Assembly (NCBI GenBank): GCA_951406725.2
Contig: OX597823.1
Location: forward strand, 105,462,001-105,526,000
Source: Octopus vulgaris
Taxonomy: Eukaryota
DNA length: 64,000 nt
Reading direction: 5' to 3'
Shown here one piece after another: positions 1 through 13,798 of the stretch. Every line of letters starts with the position of its first letter. The first letter of the stretch is position 1. The notes below the pieces were generated by a model. The model saw only the letters and a program-made list of their open reading frames with translations, did not search any database and was not told the origin of the DNA. A program made the translations under genes and the position numbers.

Positions 1-396
1 ATGGCAGTGAGGGCAATACAGACTTGGTGGTGGTGGTGGTGCAGGAGGTGATAATGGAGATACTGACCAAGATGATGGCGATCCGATCGACCAAAAGAAT
101 GTTTCGGGATGAGTTTATTTGGGTACGTTACCACATGTAAATAGACCGAACGCAGACATCTCCTGTAAGTTTTGGGACGGTTAATCTAAATAAAAAGAGG
201 TAGACTGGGGTAGATAAAAATAAAGTCAAAATAAACTCGTTGGAATTTATCAGAAAGGCAAAAACATTAACGACGAGCAGCATTCAATGACTTTTATGGC
301 GACGATAGTAGCAAGACTAGCAAAGGAAGCTTTCATTATGGCGTCCAATACCATCGAAACCCTGCACCTATCGACATATACAAATAAACACATTAA

Positions 397-626
397 GGCG
401 GCGAGCTGGCAGAAACTTTAGCACGCCGGGCGAAATGCGTAGCCGTATTTCGTCTGCCTTCACGTTCTGAGTTCAAATTCCGCCGAGGTCGACTTTGCCT
501 TTCATCCTTTCGGGGTCGATGAATTAAGTACCAGTTACGCAATGGGGTCGATTTAATCGACTTAATCCGTTTGTCTGCCCTTGTTTGTTCTCTCTGTGTT
601 TAGTCCCTTGTGGGTAATAAAGAAAT
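397..626 (+). mobile_element. tRNA-derived SINE family A (Nin-domain-like core), full length with 21-bp TSD
   Basis: GGCGGCGAGCTGGCAGAA head, B-box-like GAGTTCAAATTCC, core GCCTTTCATCCTTTCGGGGTCGAT; perfect TSD ATATACAAATAAACACATTAA at 376-396 and 627-647; about 10 other copies in window. Confidence 0.92.
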
Positions 627-754
627 ATATACAAATAAACACATTAACATGAATTAGTATTCACGTACTCATACACAATTACAATACTAAGGTGGCCGTG
701 CACGTACTATATATATTATGCATATAGACACACGAACACTATATATATATCAAT

Positions 755-2088
755 TTAGATAAAACTTAGATATGTTTCGACCAAAGATTGGTCCGGGCCA
801 TGTCTAACTTAATAGCACCACCTGATAGGATTATCTAAATCCTTTTTAAGTCAAATTTTGTTTATGGTCCATTCAAGTAGTGAGTTCTTGTTGAGTGAGT
901 TGTATCCAATTATGGGTGGCTTATCTGGTATTCCTTGAAGAAATCTGTCCAAATTTAAAGGTAATGGGATCCTTTTCCTCTTTTATCAGTTTTGGGACAA
1001 TGTTGAACAGGGCAGGGCCTGTTGAGGAAAAGAAATTATGTCGCAGTGTACCTATATGTTGTGATCCTGAATTAGGCAGGGGACGTATGGCCCGTGGTCT
1101 CAGCCTTGGATGAACCTTGAAACTAATGTTCAGGTCGTTTGGGCAATGCTGGCGGTATATTCTCCACATCGTGCAAATAATGTACCGCTAGCAGCGGCGC
1201 TAGAGAGAGTAGAGTTTCAAGGCTTTAAGGCGGTCTCAGTAATCGAGATCAGTCATGCCTTCAATTCGTTTAGCGAGTGCCCTCTGAGATGATTAAATTT
1301 TCGAGATGTTTTGCTGTGTATGGGTAGACCACAGAGGGCAGCAGTATTCGACGTGTGTCCGTACAAAGGAGGAGAAAAGTGGAATGATGAAACTTTGTAC
1401 TCTGGGCCGGAAGGTTCTTAAGATCCAGGAGCTCATCCTACGAGCTATAGCGACCTTATTGTTGATATGAGCACTCCAACTGAGATTGTTGCCAGCAAAT
1501 ACACCCAGGTCTCTGATATTATTAAATGCTGTGAGCGGTTCCCCTGAAAGAAGAGAGTATGGCTGTTTTAGTATAGACCTTCCAAAATGCATCAGTTCAA
1601 ATTTTCCCTCGTTTAGTTGCATTTTGTTTTTGTCTGCCCATTGACTCACAGCATATATATCAGACTGGAGTTGAGTTCGGTCTTCATTGATGATTTGCTG
1701 GAGCTTAGTGTCATCAGCAAATATTTTCACTTTGCAGTGATTTACGACGCTGGAAAGGTCGTTTATGTAAATTACAAAGAGGGACGGACCCAAGACAGGC
1801 CCCTGAGGGACACCACTGGTAACTTTTGATGGGCTTGAGTGGACTCCATCGACCGCAGCATGTGTTCTGTTCGCCAGGAAATACTTAATTCAGTGTAGAA
1901 GTTTTCCACGGATTCCAACATTTGCCAATTTTGAGAGTAAGATATTATGGTCAACCCCGTCAAACGCTTTACTGAAGTCAAGATATGACATCAGAGTTCG
2001 AACCTGTTCCCAAGGCTTTAAGTATATCTTCAATGTGGTGTAAGAGCTGTGTCAGAAGTCCCTGCCATAACGAAAGCCATACTGATAT
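755..2088 (-). mobile_element. CR1-clade LINE, 5'-truncated, frameshifted RT pseudogene with 3' tail
   Basis: Minus-strand peptides GPSLFVIYINDL, KIFADDTKL, IRDLGV, VRTHVEYCCPLWS and C-terminal LDRFLQGIPDKPPIIGY; 3' UTR stem-loop GACCA-ATCTT-TGGTC followed by GAAAC and short TCTAAGTTT repeats. Confidence 0.9.
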
Positions 2089-2089
2089 A

Positions 2090-2493
2090 TTCTTTTTTAC
2101 TCTTTTACTTGTTTCAGTATTTTGACTGCGGCCATGCTAGAGCACCGCCTTTAGTCGAGCAAATTGACTCCAGGACTTATTCTTTGTACGCATAGTACCT
2201 ATTCTATCGATCTCTTTTGCCGAACCACTAAGTTACGGAGACGTAAACACATCAACATCGGTTGTCAAGCAATGTTGGGGGAACAAACACAAACAAATAA
2301 ACATAAACAGAGACATACACGTATATATACATATATGACGGGCTTCTTTCAGTTTCCGTCTACCAAATCCACTCATAAGGCTTTGATCAGTCCGAGGCTA
2401 TAGCAGAAGGAACTTTCCCAAGGTGCAACGCAGTAGGACTGAACCCGGAACCATGTGGTTGGTAAGCAAGCTACTTACCACACAGCCACTCCT
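2090..2493 (-). mobile_element. tRNA-derived SINE family B
   Basis: Reverse complement of AGGAGTGGCTGTGTGGTAAGTAGC...GGGTTCAGTCC head and GCATGGCCGCAGTC...ACTGAAACAAGTAAAAGAG tail; matches 16886 and 29482 copies. Confidence 0.9.
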
Positions 2494-2571
2494 ATGGTGA
2501 AATTCCTTTTTTTAAATCGGGTTCTGTAAAATAACTGGGTTTTATATTGTTATGATAAAGCATTATAACCA

Positions 2572-3090
2572 TATGTATGCATGTATGTATGTATGTATGC
2601 ATGTATGTATGTATGTATGTGTGTGTGTATGTATGTATGTATGTATGCATGTATGTATGTATGTATGTATGTATGCATGTATGTATGTATGTATGTGTGT
2701 GTGTATGTATGTATGTATGTGTGTATGTATGTATGTATGTATGTATGTGTGTATGTATGAATGTATGTATGTATGTATGTATGTATGTATGTATGGATGG
2801 ATGCATGTATGTATGTATGTATGTATGTATGTATGTATGTATGCATGTATGTATGTGTGTATGTATGTATGTATGTATGTATGTATGTATGTATGTATGT
2901 ATGTATGTATGTATGCATGTATGTATGTATGTATGTATGCATGTATGTATGTGTGTATGTATGTATGTATGTATGTATGTATGTATGTATGTATGTATGT
3001 ATGTATGTATGTATGTATGTATGTGTATGTATGAATGTATGTATGTATGTATGTATGTATGTATGTATGTATGTATGTATGTATGTACGT
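2572..3090. repeat. Long imperfect (TATG)n microsatellite
   Basis: About 520 bp of TATG units with TGCA/TGTG interruptions; source of the MYVC/HTYI ORFs. Confidence 0.97.
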
Positions 3091-3316
3091 ACGTATATTT
3101 ATGCGTACGTGTACATAAGCAGTGTGTGTATGCGTGTGTTGTGTATGTGTGTGCTGTGTATGTGTGTGTGTGTGTGTGTATGTGTTGACAGTCAGCGTAA
3201 ATCGATACCGATACGTGACCCCTTGTTTTCAGTTTGTGTCCAGTTCAATTTCGCACCACCGAACACTGTACACGCGCTCACTCGCTTGCGCGCGCACACA
3301 CGCATACACACACACA

Positions 3317-3416
<100 letters not shown>

Positions 3417-3846
3417 TACCTGTGATAAATCATGCTGGTCATGGAAACGACGGCTTGGGTTGAGATGAATACAAGAGTGGTTGGCCTCACGGTGCTGCTA
3501 ATTAGGAAGTGGAATAAAATATTGATAGTGACGTTGAAGAATGACAATGATGTTCATGATCATGGTAATTGTCATGATGATGATGATGATGATGATGACG
3601 ATGACGATGACGGCGTCGACCTACACCTCTACATGTGTACTTCGCGTATTAATGGAAATGGTTCACAAAACCCCCAGCAATTGTACATGTAGCAACATGC
3701 ACACTTGCAATCTCGAAACTCGGCCGTCCCCAACATTTTTTTGTTTTGCTCCATGGACTGACTGCTTTCATGCAAGACGATGTCCTTCACGGACCGACGA
3801 GGGACCATGCGCAGAACAAAACACAATAAAGTGTATAACACATGTT

Positions 3847-3934
<88 letters not shown>

Positions 3935-4181
3935 AGTGTGTGTGCATATACATATTTATAGATGTTATGCTTTTCTGTGTGCGGATGCACGTCTGCGTTT
4001 GGAGCGTCTCTATAAATGTAGGTGTGTGAGCGTGTGTGTGTGTGTTTGTGCATGTGTGAGCATATCTAGATGCAGGTATATCATGTGCCGCGCAACGGGA
4101 CTGAACCCGAGACCACGTGGTTAAAAAGCGAGCTTCTTAAGCACAAAGCAAATCTTGGGCCAGAAGACATAATAGTGAAAG

Positions 4182-4806
<625 letters not shown>

Positions 4807-6216
4807 TAATATTACATATATAATACTGTAAAAGTACCCTTTAGATTACGATAAGATCTATGGCTTGTTACTGAATCGAGGCCCGATAGTTGGGAATCCT
4901 GTGTATAACGAACACAATTCCGTGGCCCCTGCTAGCTGGTATTAATGCTGAATTTATAGTGAAACTACTAACACTCGTGAGGTACTTTGGCAAAGCAATT
5001 TCATAGGGTGTTGGCACATTATAAGTCATATTTCTTCTCACTGACTGCGCAACGATTTATTCGTATTTTACTAGTTCTTGTTTCAAAATGTTATTTACGT
5101 TATAAATGCTGTACCTGGATTAGATATAATTCTCCAACCCCGCCTATAGTGTCACTTTATTCCAGTGTCTCATCATCAAGCGGGCCACACTACTAAAAAT
5201 GATATAAGGTAGTTTTTCGTGAGCCGTGCCATTCAGAGTGTCTGGTGGGCCGCAGTTTGCCCATGACTGCCTCATTTGAACAGTTTGCGAAGCAGTAAAA
5301 AAATAATTAAAATAATTGTACCTTTGATCTAACGACTCAACTGTTGTTACTACACCTTCACTTTTTCTGGAGTTAAACGCATTAGGGCTAAGTCTACTCC
5401 ATCCAGAAATGAACTTCAATTCACATCACAGGCATCGAACAAGCTTTTACATGGTCAGTTGATCTGCTAGTAATAGGACCCATATCTTCCTCAAATCACA
5501 CTCTAATCACCTTCGTAAAAAAAGTACACGTTACATAAAGCGGTGCCGGGTTTCTAATACATAAGAAAGGGTCTATATACAGCAAGAAACTCTGCTTCAT
5601 ACTATATTGTGGAGGCACAGTTCCCTACTACATGTAGTGGGGCGCTGCGTAATTTGTCCATAGTATATGGATGGTTTGCAGTGTCAAGCTCGAATATTTG
5701 CCTGGAGTCTTCGAAAAAAGTCATTACAACAATTAGTAGTAGTTGTAGTAATAGTAGTGGCTGTGGTGGTGGTAGAAGTGGTAGCGGTGGTGGTGATGGT
5801 GGTGCTAGTAGTAGTAATAGTAGTAGTGGTAGTAGTAGTTGTGTTGGACAATAACTTCTCAAAATTCTCGCCCTCTCGCTGGGTTGATTACCTCAGAAAT
5901 GAGGGACTCATTAAAACTCTCTCTCTCTCTCTCTCTCTCCCTCTCCCTTCCTCCGTCCCATGCCTCACTCCTTTCTTTCTCCACTCCCTATCTCCACCCC
6001 TTTTGCACACACAGACACACAATCACGCTCAAAATACATAAGCATATTCTCACAAGTACACACACACACACACACACACACACTCGCGCGCGCGCATTCA
6101 TAGAGATGCGCATTCACATTCACTAACACAAGAATATATGTTTGTGTGTGAGTGTGTGTGTATTTATGTATATATACATATGTATGTATGTGTGTGTGTA
6201 TATACACACACGCGCG

Positions 6217-6268
<52 letters not shown>

Positions 6269-6339
6269 CACAAACTTACAGCTAAGAAAAGTCGGGAATG
6301 CGTGGGGTTTAGTTGTTCCTAATTCTTCGCCAGTTATCA

Positions 6340-6370
<31 letters not shown>

Positions 6371-6894
6371 GGTATATAGATAGACTCGGAGCTAGAGGGA
6401 GACGCGGGGAAGATCCTTCAACTTCATTCCAGACCCACGTTTCATTTACACTTAAAACTATTTAAATGGAATGCCCCTCAATTGAAGCATACAAGCTCTC
6501 AATCTCATCTATCACCATACACACAGACATACATACACAGATATATATATCTACGTACGTACATATATACATATACACATACATATACATATACATACAT
6601 ATTATGCATATATATGTATATACACTCACACACATATATATATATGTATGCGTGTGAGTGTATGCATGTATACACAAATATATACATACATATATATATA
6701 TATACCTTGAAGGTCTACAGAGGCAAATGCTTTTAATAGAGCAAAACAAGCGTAAAAATGAAGGTGACGACGATCATGACAATGTTGGCGATGAGGATTC
6801 TCATACTTGCTGCCGCTCTGTTCCTGATCATGGTGAGAGTGATAATGGTGATGATGAGGATGATGATCACGGCAGCAATGATGGCGTTGGTAAT

Positions 6895-6995
<101 letters not shown>

Positions 6996-7311
6996 TGTTG
7001 ATGATGATGATAATAATAATAATAATAATAGTAATAATAATTAAAAGTAAATAAGTAAAAATTGTGTGTTCATTTCATTCTGTAAACATCTCCAAATTTT
7101 ATTGCAAACACATTAGAATCTTCCCTTGCTTTTTTTTTTTTTTTCATAGCCTTAAGAAAGTTTTTTTTTCTTTTCTCTCGGAACCTCTATTCTCAAAGAA
7201 ACTTTGACCTAGCAAATCATGCCTTTCTATGTTTTTGCTTTTTTTTCTTTCAGCTCATTTGATACTCATTTTTTTTTTTGTTGTAATATTTTCCTTATTT
7301 TTTTTCTTCAG

Positions 7312-7515
7312 AATAATAATTTAGAGTTATCACCCTGGAGGAAATTATCCGTCCAATAGACGGCAGCACAGCGTTAATGTGTTATTTGCAACTTGGTTTG
7401 TCGTGTAGAGGCTATTTCGTAATCACTTATGTGAAGAGTGATTTTTGCCTTTGTTGATGCCAAGTGGCTGGAGAGCTTTTCACTAAAACTATTTCCCCTC
7501 CAGCTTTATTGAAAG
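7312..7515 (+). other. Candidate non-coding exon
   Basis: Long polypyrimidine tract ending TTTTTCTTCAG before 7312; GAAAG|GTATGT donor after 7515; stops in all three frames. Confidence 0.3.
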
Positions 7516-7889
7516 GTATGTTTTACGCAATTCTGCTTTGCTGTTTGGTGTATAAATCTTAGACTGACATGGCGGCATTTCGTTCAGGGCTGAGTTGAAT
7601 TGCTCGCATCAGAACGATGTATCGAAAAAGATCTCGCTGTGTGGGTGAATAGGAGAGAGAGAGAGGGGGGGAGAGGGAGAGAGAGGGAGAGAAATAGAGA
7701 GAGAGGGAGAGAGAGAGAAAGAGAGTGATGGAGAAAGATGAGGGGAGAGAAAGAGAAAGAGAGAGAAAAAGAGAGTTATTGGCATCGTGGATAGAGGGAA
7801 AGAGAAAGAGAGAGAGAGAGAGAGAAAGGAATGAGAGAAAGAGAGAAAGGATGAAAGAGATTTATAGGGATAGTGGAGAGAGAGAGAGA

Positions 7890-7925
<36 letters not shown>

Positions 7926-8134
7926 AGGGAATCGGGAAAAACGACCATGAATACCATATGAATATACAAATGATTTATAGGTATCTGTGTATGTATTTTT
8001 GTTTATACATTAATAAGCGTGCATTGTGTATATATATATGTGCGTATGTGTGTATGTATGTATGTATCTATCTATCTATCTATATATGTTACTCTTTCTC
8101 TCTTTCTCTCTATATATCTAAACGAACGCATATA

Positions 8135-8178
<44 letters not shown>

Positions 8179-8311
8179 TATATATATATATATATATATA
8201 TATTTAGATATATATAAACATAAATATGTTAAGCATATATACACACGCACATATACGTATACATACATATACATATGTGTATATCATCTATCCATCTCTC
8301 TCCCCCTCTCC

Positions 8312-8360
<49 letters not shown>

Positions 8361-8864
8361 TAAACTTGTGTGTACATGCTCATATACATATGTGTGTGTT
8401 TAGATTTATATCTATAAGTGTGAGTACAATATTATTTTCGTTAGATGTAGACACACAAGCACATACGTCTTAAGTGAATGAGAGTGTTTTGTATGTATTT
8501 TTGTGAATTTTACGCAAGTGGATATTTTTTAACATTAGGTAAAATCTGTAGTCAAATACACATATACATGCACAATAAACATACGTGTAAATTCGCGTAT
8601 ACACACACATTCTCTCTCTCACTCTCTCTCTTTCTTTATGTCTCTCTCATACACACGCACACATAAACATATACACCCAGGCACAAAACGATATATGTGA
8701 GTGTGCTCACTAATTGTAAGGGTAATCTTAAATGATCGAAGTTTTCCTACTCACTATATTGCAAAAATGGGACGCTTTATGTATGTATGTACGTATGGAT
8801 GATTGCATGTATGTATGCATTTATGTATGCCTTTATGTATGCATTTATGTATGCATGTATGTAT

Positions 8865-9780
8865 GTCATTATTTCAAGTTTTATTTCAAGATTTCTTGCC
8901 AATAGAGAAAGAGTCGGTTTCTATCCTAGATCCAAGGCTCCTTCATTGCAATTTCATCATCAACAGCAGGGTATTTTTGTTTGTATGTATGCATGATTGC
9001 ATGTACGTATGTCATTATTGAGTTTTATTTCAAGATTTCTTGCCAATAGAGTAAGAGCGGGTTTCTAACCTACATCCAAGGCTCATTCCTTGGAATTTTA
9101 ACATCAACAAGATATTCTTGTACGTATGTATGTATGTATGTATGTATGTATGTATGTATGTATGTATGTATGTATGTATGTATGTATGTATGTATGTATG
9201 TATGTATGTATGTATGTATGTATGTATGTTTGTATGTATGTATGTATGTATGTATGTATGTATGTATGTATGTATGTATGTATATGTGCAGATTTGTTTT
9301 ATGTATCTATTCTAATGCATATATTTGCCTACCTAGACATGCTCATATATATTTAAAGGATAAACTTCTGGCAAGTTTTACGGATTTTAACAGTTCCCGT
9401 GATGGAGTGGATCTGTAGTTTTCGAATCAGCTTTCTCCTTTCTGGTTTTGAGAAGCCTAATTTCTCAAGATTGATATTTAGACAGTATGTTACATATCCC
9501 AGGGCTCAAATGATAACAGATATACACCTGAACTTGTAATCTGGATGGAGTAACTGCAGATTTCTCAATAGTTCAGCGTAGATGTTCTCTTTTTCACTGA
9601 TCTTCAGCTTTATGTTAACATCTACTGGGCAGCTAATTTCCACGACTGTACACAGTTTTTCTTCTGTATCCCAAATTCTTATCTCAGGTCGGTTGATATT
9701 GAGGTTTCTCACTGGGACATTCCACCAGCACACCCTTTTATTATGAGTGGCTATGGCTTCTACCATACTGTGGGTTATGT
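8865..9780 (-). mobile_element. RLE-type (R4/Dong-like) non-LTR 3' fragment with duplicated 3' UTR end in (CATA)n
   Basis: ORF 9506-9766: WWNVPV...NRPEIRIWD...VVEISCPVDVN...EKENIY (PD-(D/E)xK-like); the 3' UTR end occurs twice (8865-8980, 9013-9118), each running into TATG repeats. Confidence 0.8.
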
Positions 9781-10427
9781 ATGTATATACGTATGTATGT
9801 ATTTATGTATATATATATGTATATATTATACGTGTGTTTGTGTGTCTGTGTGCATTCCTTTTTTAGGAAATGTCATAGGCGCTATGCCTATTTAGTCATT
9901 AAACCTATTTAGTCATTAAACCGCACATGGTTTTAAATGAGGAAAAAATATGGAAAAATTTTGTAACTTTGGGGAGCTGAAATCAGAGAAACTGGATCCA
10001 GGTCAGTTAAATATGACTTTTTTCCTAAACTACAAAGAAAAAACTCCCACAAAAACAAAAAAAAAAAATGCCTTTTATCTGCAAAACTAAAAAAATGTAA
10101 CCTAAAACTTTTTTCTATAGAAATGACTCGAAGCAACACCTGACTCCCTATTTCTCCTTGTTCTCTTCCATCCAGATCACTTTTATCATATATTCATTCT
10201 TTTATATGTTTCAGCCCTAAGGCTGGGGCCCTGCCATGTGATATGTTTACATAGATTATATATGCCAAACACACCTTAAACATACGTGTATCAATATGTT
10301 TTCACTTGAACTACGATACGGAAACAATTATTCTGAGAAAAAAAAAACGTATCGTTCTATTTTTCCTTTTCATACATATAAATTCATAGAATAAGACTAT
10401 TCTCCACTTATGTTTAAAAATTACACA

Positions 10428-10526
<99 letters not shown>

Positions 10527-10538
10527 CACACATATATA

Positions 10539-10912
10539 CTAGCAGTATAGCCCGGTGTTGCTCCGGTTTGTTTAGACCCTTTAGAATTGGAATATTTGAA
10601 AAGTAAAAATTTTGCATTATGTAGCTTGTTATTCTATTTAAGTGAACATTTTTCTGATTGAAATACTCCGAAAAATGGCGACACAGCAGTCATTAAATCG
10701 TAAAAAAATAGGGATTTTCATAGAAAAAAAGCACCTTTTTGATGTAAATAATTTTTGGTGTTAACATGGTCCGATTTGAATTTTTTCTTCTACGGAAGGA
10801 AGAGCAAACCTTGTATCATACTCTCAATTTTGGTCAACTTGCGCCGCAGGGTCTCGGTGGAGATAGTGTTAGTTGAAGGCTACCAACTTCAGCTTATATA
10901 TATATATATAGA
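10539..10912 (-). mobile_element. Non-autonomous Helitron
   Basis: Minus strand starts TC(TATATA...), ends with hairpin CCGGAGCAACACCGG plus CTATACTGCTAG, inserted between A and T, no TSD. Confidence 0.8.
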
Positions 10913-11024
10913 TTATATAATTACATATATATATGTACACACACACACATATATATACATATACATATACCAATATATATATATGCACACAAATATCTAT
11001 GTATATATATATATATATATATAT

Positions 11025-11078
<54 letters not shown>

Positions 11079-11414
11079 ATGTATAATTCACTGTGTGTGT
11101 ATGCGTGTCAAATTTTGGCACTTGTCCATATAGGGGGCTGTAGTCTCCCTATATGACCCTTCTGATTTTTTTTCAGTGGTATTCTTTCACTTTTAATGAC
11201 TCTAGAATATTCTTTCACTTTTTGACTCCTGATTTTTTGGATCGGTATATTATCTCACTTTTAAACAAATTTTGGCTCTTGCCTCAATCTACGTGGAAAA
11301 ATACGGAGTTTAAGAATATGGAAAACAAATTTTTAAATTTCAAATTTTCTATGAAGAACTTCTAGACTGATCCACACACCACTCGCGAACGAGAAGTAGG
11401 GGAGAGAGAGAGAG

Positions 11415-11960
11415 GGCAAGTTTGGCCAAAGGTAGAAGTGTGGAGGTATCAGGCTGAGGATCTGGCCGAAGGTCAATGAAGTGTTTCAGCGCAAGAAGGC
11501 CTTCGTTGTGCGGGGTCACCGTATGCAAAGGTTTAATGTCGAGAGTGTACAGAAGTTGAGAAGGCCCAGAAGAGGAGAAAAATTTAAACTGAGAGCATAA
11601 TTAGTACCGTGAATGTGTGAGGGGAGCGAGTTTACTGGGAGGGGGGTGACAAGGACATGGTCGTGGTACTTGGAGATCGTTTTGTTGGGGCAATTGTAGG
11701 CTGAGACGATGGTGCGGCCAGAATTGTTAGGCAAGTGGATTTTGGGAAGGAAGTAAATAGTGGTGGTGCATGGGGTACGAACAAGGAGGTTGGATGAGGT
11801 GGGAGGAAGATGGGAAGAAGATGAGAAGAAGAAATGAGATCATGAATGGTGGAGGACATAGTCTGTTGGTAGTTAGGCGTGGGGCTGGAGGACAGAGGGA
11901 AATAAAAGGATGGGTCTTGAAGTTGACAGCAAGCCTCTGCCCTGTACATGCTGAATAGTG
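11415..11960 (-). pseudogene. Penelope-like element reverse transcriptase fragment
   Basis: Frameshifted minus-strand peptides YFLPKIHLPNNSGRTIVSAYNCP, TISKY, TLDIKPLHT and PHNEGLLALKHFIDLRP resemble the PLE RT motifs LPKIHK...GRPIVS and DV.SLYT.IP. Confidence 0.8.
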
Positions 11961-12771
11961 AACGACGCACCCTGATTATGAAAATGGAATTCCTCGAAAA
12001 AATTTGTGCTTACCAAAGCCCCATGAGCATAATTGGGTTGTTCCTGGTGGTATCACGTTAAATGCCTGTTGTGAAAGGAAATTAGTAGGCAAACCAGAGA
12101 AGTGGTCATGTCCATCGCTGACCGAAATCAACAAACAATAGCTACTCACTTGGTAGTTTTCCGTCGGATATTATTGTAGTACGGAACACGATACCCTTCA
12201 CTTTAACTGTCACACATTTATTTATGCAACACACTATGTTTATAGCACCAAAGTTATTTGCCACCTACCAATTACGGGCTCCTGACGGCTACTGCCATCA
12301 ACCATCTCATGTGTAGGACAACATAACGCCGGGGATTGCTGGATTGTGCGGACGGTTATTAACCAACACAATCGTTTATCGGTCGTTGCTTCATAAATTT
12401 CAATAAAAAATCTTTAACATAGCAAACTTTTCTGCGTATCTAATGGGCTGTGTTATTTATATTCTTTATCTTTGAATTTTATTCGTATGACAACGTTGAA
12501 AAGTATTTTTCATTAGTAGACGGCAAGCAAATGTATATACGCGCTAATTGTGAGTGCATTTATTTCAATGAATGCTAGTGAAGTCAAATGTTTTATAGTC
12601 TAGAAAAATACTATTTCTAAGTAATGAAGTAATGATATAACAACCTTTGTAATGGGCTAATTTTAGCAAACCCTAAAAATCATTGCAACAACCTCTCTAC
12701 TGGCATCGTAGAAGACGCATGATAATCTTCAAGGTATTTCTTCTCAAAAAAACTCAGTGTCTTCCATATTG

Positions 12772-12839
<68 letters not shown>

Positions 12840-12843
12840 ATAA

Positions 12844-12887
<44 letters not shown>

Positions 12888-12912
12888 GTACATATGTATA
12901 TGTATATATATG

Positions 12913-13083
12913 TATAATTCAGATTTACAGAGAACAAAAGACGAAGACAGGTGAGGGAACTACAAGACACTCGGAAAGAATGGAAAAGTCTTAGCTGTTT
13001 CGATCCTAAGCTATTCGACAGAAAAAGATGAGCGGTATAAAATGGAAGGAGAACAAAAATACAGAGAGAGAAAAATGTGTAGG
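12913..13083 (-). mobile_element. Short PLE/retrozyme-like element (CUGUNGAA family), degenerate
   Basis: Reverse-complement similarity to 35151-35364 and 28366-28545, including CUGUCGAA-UAGC-UUAG-GAUC-GAAAC. Confidence 0.6.
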
Positions 13084-13099
13084 GACCGTGTGTGTATAT

Positions 13100-13161
<62 letters not shown>

Positions 13162-13402
13162 AATGTTTTAAGAAAAATTCGAGATGACTTCCCGGTATTT
13201 ATGCCTCTATTGGTCAGCTCAGATCACGTGGTATTTATGCTATGAAAGCAATACCAGCCATTCTATTTTTAGGCCCACATGTTCGGACAGGATCTTGGCA
13301 GGGTGATGGCACCAAGTTAGTAGTAGGCTGCGATATAACAATTGACAATCCAAATATATCAGATTAAGGCATAAACAGTCAGCCAGTTTAAAGTTTCAAA
13401 TC

Positions 13403-13798
13403 CTTTTCTTTTCTAGGCACAAGGTCCGAAATTTTGTGGGAGGGGACCAGTCGATTAGATCGACCGCAGTACACAATTGGTACTTAATTTATCGACCCCG
13501 AAGGGATGAAAGGCAAAGTCGACTTCGGCGGAATTTGAACTTTGAACGTAGCGGCAGACGAAATACCTATTTCTTTACTACCCACAAGGGGCTAAACATA
13601 GAGGCGACAAACAAGGACAGACAAACGGATTAAGTCGATTATATCTACCTCAGTGTGTAACTGGTACTTATTTAATCGACCCCGAAAGGATGAAAGACAA
13701 AGTTGACCTCGGCGGAATTTGAACTCAGAACGTAACGGCAGACGAAATACTGCTAAGCATTTCGCCCGGCGTGCTAACCTTTCTGCTGACTCGCCGCC
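13403..13798 (-). mobile_element. Dimeric SINE family A (full unit plus 5'-truncated unit with alternative tail)
   Basis: Two tandem cores; whole dimer flanked by TTTAAAGTTTCAAATC / TTTAAAGTCTTAAATC (14/16 identical). Confidence 0.85.

Noticed and set aside
6425-6487. Minus-strand UUGAGGG...GAAACGUGGGUC
   Set aside because: Two core substitutions and poor stems; at best a decayed relic
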